A model generated the notes under the pieces. That model did no database searches. It was given only the letters and a program-made list of their open reading frames with translations, and was not told where the DNA came from. DNA of 64,000 nucleotides from a virus. Its lineage: Duplodnaviria > Caudoviricetes. Within the stretch, counting starts at the first letter, position 1; every line of letters starts with the position of its first letter. The stretch is from positions 64,001 through 128,000 of IMG/VR virus record IMGVR_UViG_3300047382_000771. One strand, 5' to 3'. Both the position numbers and the translations under genes were made by a program. This document shows positions 57,701-64,000 of this stretch, one piece after another.

Positions 57701-58092
57701 CCATCATGACCATGTGTATATGAGATGTGCTCTTTTTCCGAAATTAAAGTATTAAATATATCAGTAGTAGCAGTATCTTCAGAATTTTTTCTCACCATAC
57801 ATTTAACTGTATAGCTGTACTTAGGATTAATTGCGAAGTCTACCCCCATTTGTTTCTGAAGGCCTTCTTCTTTATTATCTATATTGATACTAGCCTCACC
57901 CTTATAGTCTAATCCAAGTATGTAATCGTTTTCTGCATCTATTATATTAACAATTGGTTGGGTCTCATCCGCTAAACCTATACCATCTAATGCTGGGTTT
58001 TCAGGAAACGCAAGATTACCTATGCTTACTATCTCATGAGCAAGGTATTCTCTTCCATTGGGATCCCATGGATTATTTACTGATATATCCAT
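54796..58092 (-). CDS. Distal tail protein with two lambda gpM-like domains
   Basis: FFWRPS...LGDGYE...SIN...FENRTDREAKAIMHFL and FLPS...GIN...FSQRSDREAKEILQFLESHLGYKKF. Confidence 0.8.
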   Translation of the reverse strand: MDISVNNPWDPNGREYLAHEIVSIGNLAFPENPALDGIGLADETQPIVNIIDAENDYILGLDYKGEASINIDNKEEGLQKQMGVDFAINPKYSYTVKCMVRKNSEDTATTDIFNTLISEKEHISYTHGHDGQYDIDPETSIGVGIGIKYYDQNSEYIQPINYRDHFRFMASSEFDLTQYFHMQHDIHQRTIPANARYARMYAIIGGLVTGGFYFRNPSVSNLSPFFYCKKDHVSNFQLNPNNSFPELNVEELWSQDFFWRPSYGSSASFGTINEALKLGDGYEYVGNKSINSMPMQCSLKFENRTDREAKAIMHFLQEKHFPYDSAFSLDYKGERLLSSDVQKFKFHFGYPYKSDLDFTCLSFGQEKNYRNDNNVSATFICNTSSTLYSSDSHFGFNKRIDALVPVAIDEPIQFEKGKQLSLRMFEISAEIEEEPGGEYKGRDRETTENVQIRKMIKTLSRYPEDPGKDFEAGKIEFKEDYVLDIGQCLNIDIPEPNENSIFNVGVVKITKRISATEYLFEGEFDLESENVSFELIEWPIVEDPGANKKTEQGMITDSDRNRIFADSFPAEELVVDYEDLTVDEIPWNIIKLGRCPEDCLTSKTFFPENIDEIPASTSEDGTFRARELFLRDYRRITLDSKITPKSNKLKITPLENFQVKDNFSFIVPAVKGRRNIYIDDANEFASYPYLQVRSLDFLPSISFSIENTPTHKETAFTQVYKRYTKVGINQNLVSVNIEFSQRSDREAKEILQFLESHLGYKKFRFQLPRPFSKDLNPYTTPASPNTSTFYCPSWEHTVLYKNNNTISCTFIESVSGINENLKEVFGFGGQRIQSGCFGAELYEPITLNTMCVLSSVVEAAFTTPDYLYKSKLIPWEPVTLSEPLKVTFSGVGIHDQQWDFKHSYAAGQVITREQYGGLLNNYHCLAQPFKSDSSKFTNSLPVGRFPAAEFVLKNVLIDRREPEDPVSVSKGLLDAIGAPKGVRVRMYSKENFEGDLIMDEIGPFIIYNNFWVERDDYRNKLWNNVIKRNMRDLGYYDQLEMTISDLWKLRPSLNDGSKLGFLPKAGTYLKSFGIYDTRIKWAQYSWQHIGSILIEYTE

Positions 58093-59294
58093 TATCTATA
58101 GGATTGTTTTATACTCGCCCTTCCTTGCAAGTATCCACCGTCACCAACACTTATGGTGTCTTGTTCAACAACTCCATAACTTTGTAATTGTTCGGGTATG
58201 GGTTCTGGATAAACAAGATTACCTATTAATCTAAATTCTCCAAGCTCACCTCTATTGTTATCAGTAAAACCTGTTTCAAATCCAATATCAGAAAGCCTAA
58301 CGGTTAAGTCGGCTCTTTGTCCAGTTATCTTTAAGTATGGGTCTAATTTTTCACCCATTATATCTGCCGTGATATCTATGGAAGTTTTATTAACTCTTAC
58401 TGGTATTTCTCCATCATCCCCAATGTTTCCACTTTGAGGTATATGATATGTTGGATCCCTATCAACAGATATAGTATATGTAAAATCTAAAGGATACTCC
58501 ATACCTATATTTTCTATACCTTCTAGTTTAGTTCCTATTGAGTGAGGTACAGTCAACTGCTCTTTTCTATAGCAGTAGTAATCATTATCTATAATTGATT
58601 GAGCTTGCCCCGACACATACTCTAATGTGCCATATATATCTAAAGTTATTTGCGTCTCTATAGGTTCGTATGCTCTAGCATTAAATGACATTTCAGTTAT
58701 ATACGCATCATTAAAAGCATAATCACCAAGTACACCAGTTATTTTTCCTTCATTTACTTGGGGGTAGATCTCCTTATCAAGTAAACCAGTAATATCAAAA
58801 AAGCTATGTATATTCCCAGTATTCATGTAATAACTAACATTTAGTCTACCACGGACACCTTGTTCAGCTGCATAATGCCTAACAACATCAACTTCACCAA
58901 ACTCTATATCATTATAATAATTTAATAATGTATCCCCTGTTGATTGAACCTTTATATGGTAATCCCCAGGGAACATGTCCTGAGCAACAACCAAGCTTTG
59001 TTTAGATGGGTAAGAAATTTTCATTCCTTTTCTAATTACCTCAATAGACTCAGGCACTCTAATGCCAGGCCCCTCTTTAGGGCCGAGTAAAAATTCCTTC
59101 TCCTCTATGCCCTCAAACCTTATGTCTCCCGTCTGAAGAGCGAAAGATATCCTGTAGTCATCATCAAACTTTTTAGACTGAATACTTTGGGAAACTCCTA
59201 TACTAGCATTAGATGCAAATATAAATGTAGGCTCCCCACCCTCGTCCGCTAAAACAAGGGGTACATCTTCATATGCCAAAAAAGGTTTACTCAT
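58092..59294 (-). CDS. Tail tube/hub-like protein
   Basis: Lies between the TMP and M; beta-rich; FTYTISVDRDPTY resembles the adjacent gene. Confidence 0.5.
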   Translation of the reverse strand: MSKPFLAYEDVPLVLADEGGEPTFIFASNASIGVSQSIQSKKFDDDYRISFALQTGDIRFEGIEEKEFLLGPKEGPGIRVPESIEVIRKGMKISYPSKQSLVVAQDMFPGDYHIKVQSTGDTLLNYYNDIEFGEVDVVRHYAAEQGVRGRLNVSYYMNTGNIHSFFDITGLLDKEIYPQVNEGKITGVLGDYAFNDAYITEMSFNARAYEPIETQITLDIYGTLEYVSGQAQSIIDNDYYCYRKEQLTVPHSIGTKLEGIENIGMEYPLDFTYTISVDRDPTYHIPQSGNIGDDGEIPVRVNKTSIDITADIMGEKLDPYLKITGQRADLTVRLSDIGFETGFTDNNRGELGEFRLIGNLVYPEPIPEQLQSYGVVEQDTISVGDGGYLQGRASIKQSYR

Positions 59295-60343
59295 CTCTTA
59301 TTATAATAAGAATTATAGGTTAAATTTACAGTTAATCTTCCTTGAGCCGACGCACTAACTTGTTCAGCTACCATTCTGGCTTCCCTAACTATATAATCCT
59401 GAACTTTATTACCCAAGCAATCGTCAACCTTAATTGATATATCTTCCACTTTAGGCTTAATTAAATATTCCTTCATCCTGTGATATTCGTACTCATCTAC
59501 CTCAAGGGTAAAGTTAGTAGTTGTAACTATAGGCCAAACCACATCTACTTGTACGGGAGCACTTTTACCCACAACATAAATTGGGGTCAGATTAACATTA
59601 ACTGTATGTTGAAATGAAACCACCCTATCAGTTTTTGAACCAGCACACTCAATTCTTATGGAGCCTGGATCGGGCACTCTAATTTCTGGAAACGGATTAT
59701 CCCCAGAAGCATTATATGGTTGCTCTGGACCAGTTCCCTCAACAGCTATCCCAAAATCATTTTCTTGATCTATATAATCATATGGATCTTCAGAGTCTTC
59801 TGTTGCAAAGTAATCTGGGGCTCCACCTATATCGCCAAACACGGTTACGCTCGTCGATGTTTGTGGTATTTGATTCACGGCGCACGAAACACTATGAGAT
59901 GTCACATACCCATGATAAAAGCCAAAATATTCCTTACCGTGATGAATACTTCCAGTAAAAGGATTATCTCCAGTATAATCTAACATGAAGTCATCTCCAA
60001 CTAAAACTGAATTTATATTAAATTGTCCCTGCATTGGGGCATTAACCACCGCCAGGCTTTTAGGCAAGTCGCCTTGAGATGACATACAACTTTCATTAGT
60101 GGTTATCTTGAAACCATCTTCAGATAAAATAAAATCCTGCTTCTTGAAATACCCTCCCTGAGAAGAAGTTTCCCCTTCCATTTGGCCAACCAATTCATTG
60201 TAGTTGTGATTAACATGCCCCCAACCAATAACATTAATCGGTTTTTCGGATATCGAATAAGATCCGTCTACGCTTTGTATACCTGATAACTGAGTTCCGT
60301 CAACAAAAAACTTTTGTTCATGACCTAGGATAGTTTGCTTCAT
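59291..60343 (-). CDS. Tail tube/hub-like protein
   Basis: LSGIQSVDGSYSI.EKPI..IG and SFQHTVNVNLTPIYVVG. Confidence 0.5.
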   Translation of the reverse strand: MKQTILGHEQKFFVDGTQLSGIQSVDGSYSISEKPINVIGWGHVNHNYNELVGQMEGETSSQGGYFKKQDFILSEDGFKITTNESCMSSQGDLPKSLAVVNAPMQGQFNINSVLVGDDFMLDYTGDNPFTGSIHHGKEYFGFYHGYVTSHSVSCAVNQIPQTSTSVTVFGDIGGAPDYFATEDSEDPYDYIDQENDFGIAVEGTGPEQPYNASGDNPFPEIRVPDPGSIRIECAGSKTDRVVSFQHTVNVNLTPIYVVGKSAPVQVDVVWPIVTTTNFTLEVDEYEYHRMKEYLIKPKVEDISIKVDDCLGNKVQDYIVREARMVAEQVSASAQGRLTVNLTYNSYYNKR

Positions 60344-63300
60344 TAGCTAAGCTCCCCACCAACTCTTTTTTCCTGCCTTATTACATCAAGTACTGCTGCT
60401 TTAATTTTCTTAGATAAATCTTTTTCATTAGCTCCCCCTTTAGAACCTCCAGCCCCTCCTGTCTCTGTAGATGTTTCTTTTCCTGATTCATCTATGCTAA
60501 CATTTACATTTATATTATTAGTGACACTTGATGCCGAGCTTGGTTGCTGCCCAGACTGACCTGTAGACTCTGGGAGAGGGGCCATTTGCGGGGCCTGAAC
60601 TTGCGGCATCTGGGGAGCCATTTGTGGCTGGGCAGACGCACTAGGCAACCTATTGTTAGAAACAACTCCACCCTGGTAGTAATTATTAATTCCTTTCCTA
60701 AATCCATCAGGGTTTTGGACGGCCATCTTAAATAAGTTCGGATTTCTCTTCATCAACTTATCTGTGGATGACTTTTTGACTACAAAATCTCCTTCGTTTA
60801 ATCCAACTGGACCGACCTTATCTATACCAGATTGACCTCTCACTATGGGTATATCCCCCGAAGTATTCAACTGCTCAAGATTTGAATACCCTATTTTCTT
60901 TGCCACACTAGATGGAATTAAAGATTCACCCGCAGTTAACATTGCTGGCACAACACTGCCTCCTTTATTATAACCTCTTAATTTTCTTCTATTAGCGTGA
61001 TCTATTCCCGTTTTATTAGCAGAATATCTATTGTGTCCAGCAAGGATATTTGCGTTAGTTAGATTTATGCCGCTTTGAACTGTATGCTTCTTAGCTCTTC
61101 TGTTTTGTGATATTTGATTTTTGCTTTTACCATCTCCATAAAGGTCGCCAATAAAACTATTAACCTCATCACTAACAGCTTTTGATGTTACATCTTTTTT
61201 AGCTTGATCTAACATTTTTTCTTCTTTGGATTTGAACAAACCGCCTAATTTTTCTTTTCCTTTTGCGATTAAGGGTGAAGCTAAAGTTGTGCCCATTGAT
61301 ACGAGTCCGCTAGTAACATAACCACCTACCATGCCCATAATTTGATTAAAGGTACCCATCCTTTTTTCAAATTTTTGGTTTTTCTTACCAACATTATATT
61401 CATGCAAGTTTAATAAATGTTGTTCGTATTCTTGTAAACCTGCATTACTTTCAGCCAGCCTACCGCTAACCATTTTATCGTTAGCATTAAGGGATACATC
61501 AAATCCTAAATCTAGAGATTGTAATTGTTTTTCATCGAATACTGGGGGGCCAGCCTCTTGAGGTTTTTGTGCTGATCGAGACGCTGCGTGTGAGCCATAT
61601 GCAGAAGCAGCTGTATTCATTACTCCTTGAGCTCCAGACTTTAATCTATCCTGCCAAGTAGCCTTTCCTCCTTTATTAAACTTAGACACAACATCTTTGG
61701 GTATGACATACTCTCCAGCAGTGAGCATAGCGGGAACATTATCTATCCCTCCTGGGCCATTTACTAGTCCACCCTTGGCATATTTTTTAACCTTTCCACC
61801 AGCCATCATTTCAGCAGGGCTTGGAGTAGAATTTTTAATACCATTTAAAGCTATAGGTATTTTAGATATTTCGGTTTTAGCCGAATTAACTTCGCCTACT
61901 AATTTTCCTAAATGAGCGTTCGTAGCTTGAGCATTAGCATCCGCACTTTGTACCAACTGTGATAATTCAGGCGTACCCGCTGTAGCTATTGATTCTTGAG
62001 GGTTTGCTACAGATACTGTAGCTGGCTCAGCCATGATTGGCCTCTCGTATCCAACGGGTACAGCTCTATCTGAAGTAACAAAATCATTAACTTCTTTCTG
62101 TGCAACTTTTTCTTTTGATTCAGCCTGACTGAGTTTGTTTGAATATTTCTTTAATTGCTCTTGAGCTCTTGCAAGCTCAGCTGCTAGCGGAGCAAGAGCT
62201 GCTTCAGCATCTTCAAGCTTACCCCTGAACATTTCTAACTTTGCTATTGCACTGTCATACTCTGCCTTATCCTCACTATTCGTCAAGTCTGAATTTAATT
62301 TTAAATCATTCACCTTATTTTGTTGCACATCAAAATTAGACTGTGCATAATCTTTGCTCTTTGACAACGAGCTAAATTCATCAAAGTTTTTACCTGTAGG
62401 TCTTACGAGCTGATTACCACCCATGAACATTCCCTTGTTTTCGTATAAGGGGCCCTTGAATGATTTGATAGTTTTTTGAGAATTATCAATCATTGACTGA
62501 GCATGGTCTTTATCTGATCTAATGTTGTGTAGTTTTGATTTAGCTATATCTATATTTTTGTTCCTAGTTATTTCAGACATTTTTGAATCATCGTATTTAG
62601 ATACATCCAAATCCCTTTCCATCATAGATCTTCTTTGCATCTCCACATTTACATATGGATTCTTGTCATAGCTTTGTTTGAATGGATCTACTTTGTTTTT
62701 TAAAGCTATAGAATTTATTTGATCCTGGCTCTTCGGCTTATTAGCTTCATTCGCCTTTTTTTCAGCTGTTTTTTGAACTTGCTCTACTTTATCTTTTGAA
62801 CTAGAAGATGGAGCTTCTGTCAGTTGCTTTTTTTCTATAGCATCCTTTAATAGGATAAGGCTGTCTTTAAGATCCACCATTGGTGACTTAAGGCCTTCTA
62901 TAGCATTATCAATCCATTGAGGTTTATCTCCAAACAGACCCTTTAATTCCTCTCTAAATTTTGCAGCAAAATCACTCGCTCCACCAGCAATTTCTGATTT
63001 TAAGTTAGCTACTAATTTTTCTGTATTAGTTAATTCAACTCCGTCAGTGAGCCCAGACTCAACCCTACTAATTAAAGATTCTAGTTTAGAAGAAAGCTCT
63101 TTCTCTACATTAGAAGATTCATCAAGTTTAGCCCCTAATTCAGTATTAGCGTCTACGACCATCTGGGCATCGCTTTTTGCAGATTCCCCAGTAAAAGCAA
63201 AAGTCAAATCCTTAATAATGTTATCTATATTAGCATCCATCATTCTGTCCATAATGGTGTCCGCAATACCAAGTCCCACGTCAGCAAATGCCTCTCCTAT

Positions 63301-64000
63301 GTCCTTGGCTCCAGTAGCTATATCTTTAAATGCTCCTTTTAAGCCAGACCTTGCACTATCAATTCCAAGGTTAACTAAGTCTGATTTTAAGTTAGATGCC
63401 TGAGCGTTCATCTCTGCCATCTTTACCTTGAGAGCATCTACTATTTCAGAGTTATTACCAATCTCTTTATTGTATGCCTTGTAGGCTTCCGCAAATGCAA
63501 GAATATCATCGGGGTCATCAGTAAGTGTTGCCCTTGTTGCTGATTGTCTTACCGCCCCTAGGCTTTGAAATTTTTCTGTCTGAACATCTGCGGCTACCAT
63601 CAAATCCATAGTTGGCTGATCCATCAAGGCTTGCTCTTTAGCATTCCTGAGAGCTTTTAATTTATTACCAGTTTCTTCCAGAGATACAGCAGCTCTCATT
63701 CTTTCTGCCATTTGGTCATTCAGAGATAACAGTAATTCTTTTTTAGCATTTATTAATGAGCTTTTTTCTGTACTTAATATTTCTTGTTCTACTTGCTCTG
63801 AAACTATCTCATTTATTTTACCAGTTATAATAAGTCTTTGTAATTTTTCTTTCTCTAACTTATTACCATCTTTAAGTTCAGATAATTCTTGCTCTATTTG
63901 TTGATCTGCAATTATAGACCTGTAACCCATTTTATCCATTATTTCTCTGCGTATTTGGGCAGTCTTATTGGTGGTTACTAAATCTATCATTTCTCCCTGA
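60343..64000 (-). CDS. Tape measure protein (N-terminus lies beyond the window)
   Basis: Long Ala/Glu/Lys-rich helical protein with GGxVxGPGGxDxVPAMLTAGE motifs and a KIKAAVLDVIRQEKR.GG end; the frame has no stop between ATG 63990 and the window edge. Confidence 0.88.
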   Translation of the reverse strand, partial: QGEMIDLVTTNKTAQIRREIMDKMGYRSIIADQQIEQELSELKDGNKLEKEKLQRLIITGKINEIVSEQVEQEILSTEKSSLINAKKELLLSLNDQMAERMRAAVSLEETGNKLKALRNAKEQALMDQPTMDLMVAADVQTEKFQSLGAVRQSATRATLTDDPDDILAFAEAYKAYNKEIGNNSEIVDALKVKMAEMNAQASNLKSDLVNLGIDSARSGLKGAFKDIATGAKDIGEAFADVGLGIADTIMDRMMDANIDNIIKDLTFAFTGESAKSDAQMVVDANTELGAKLDESSNVEKELSSKLESLISRVESGLTDGVELTNTEKLVANLKSEIAGGASDFAAKFREELKGLFGDKPQWIDNAIEGLKSPMVDLKDSLILLKDAIEKKQLTEAPSSSSKDKVEQVQKTAEKKANEANKPKSQDQINSIALKNKVDPFKQSYDKNPYVNVEMQRRSMMERDLDVSKYDDSKMSEITRNKNIDIAKSKLHNIRSDKDHAQSMIDNSQKTIKSFKGPLYENKGMFMGGNQLVRPTGKNFDEFSSLSKSKDYAQSNFDVQQNKVNDLKLNSDLTNSEDKAEYDSAIAKLEMFRGKLEDAEAALAPLAAELARAQEQLKKYSNKLSQAESKEKVAQKEVNDFVTSDRAVPVGYERPIMAEPATVSVANPQESIATAGTPELSQLVQSADANAQATNAHLGKLVGEVNSAKTEISKIPIALNGIKNSTPSPAEMMAGGKVKKYAKGGLVNGPGGIDNVPAMLTAGEYVIPKDVVSKFNKGGKATWQDRLKSGAQGVMNTAASAYGSHAASRSAQKPQEAGPPVFDEKQLQSLDLGFDVSLNANDKMVSGRLAESNAGLQEYEQHLLNLHEYNVGKKNQKFEKRMGTFNQIMGMVGGYVTSGLVSMGTTLASPLIAKGKEKLGGLFKSKEEKMLDQAKKDVTSKAVSDEVNSFIGDLYGDGKSKNQISQNRRAKKHTVQSGINLTNANILAGHNRYSANKTGIDHANRRKLRGYNKGGSVVPAMLTAGESLIPSSVAKKIGYSNLEQLNTSGDIPIVRGQSGIDKVGPVGLNEGDFVVKKSSTDKLMKRNPNLFKMAVQNPDGFRKGINNYYQGGVVSNNRLPSASAQPQMAPQMPQVQAPQMAPLPESTGQSGQQPSSASSVTNNINVNVSIDESGKETSTETGGAGGSKGGANEKDLSKKIKAAVLDVIRQEKRVGGELS

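Noticed and set aside
45762-63403. Antisense ORFs in the tail region (e.g. 45762-46088, 50734-51060, 52461-52769, 63047-63403)
   Set aside because: They lie fully opposite well-supported genes and show no start signals or protein motifs.
1-64000. Alternative genetic code (stop reassignment) as the cause of split domains
   Set aside because: Code 11 gives long ORFs that tile the window; the splits use TAA or TGA with a frame change, so readthrough would not join them.
1-64000. CRISPR array, tRNA, rRNA or self-splicing intron
   Set aside because: Intergenic gaps are at most about 160 bp; I saw no spaced direct repeats, cloverleaf motifs or interrupted conserved genes.

Overview
The window is 64 kb of a large, AT-rich tailed dsDNA phage genome with near-complete coding density in the standard genetic code. 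Genes lie on the minus strand except one plus-strand block (31466-38811). From left to right it holds six modules. (1) A replication module: the N-terminus of a Clp/Hsp100 ATPase missed by the ORF track, a C-family DNA polymerase divided into separate PHP, DnaQ and core genes, a PD-(D/E)XK nuclease, primase, DnaB helicase and a RecA-like protein. (2) A 1792-aa protein with 18 InlB-B-like repeats. (3) Candidate lysis genes, a J-domain-like gene and a class Ic-type (Mn/Fe) ribonucleotide reductase. (4) Two divergent glycan-synthesis operons containing gmd, GT11, GT6, GT2, GT25, GT31-like, GT4 and GT9 genes plus methyltransferases. (5) Between those operons, a hairpin-rich control region followed by a phage sigma factor and SSB. 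(6) A lambda-like tail-tip module (H, duplicated M, L, K, fused I-J) carrying C-type lectin, PA14, CBM-like, vWA and cadherin domains. The most unusual observations are gene boundaries that cut through protein domains (a cadherin domain, GT9, possibly FN3, and the polymerase), a GTGTAH motif usually 8-11 nt before start codons, an R2c-type RNR beta subunit, and an A-antigen-like GT6/GT11/gmd set in a phage whose tail is rich in lectin domains. All family calls come from motif recognition by eye; no database searches were run.
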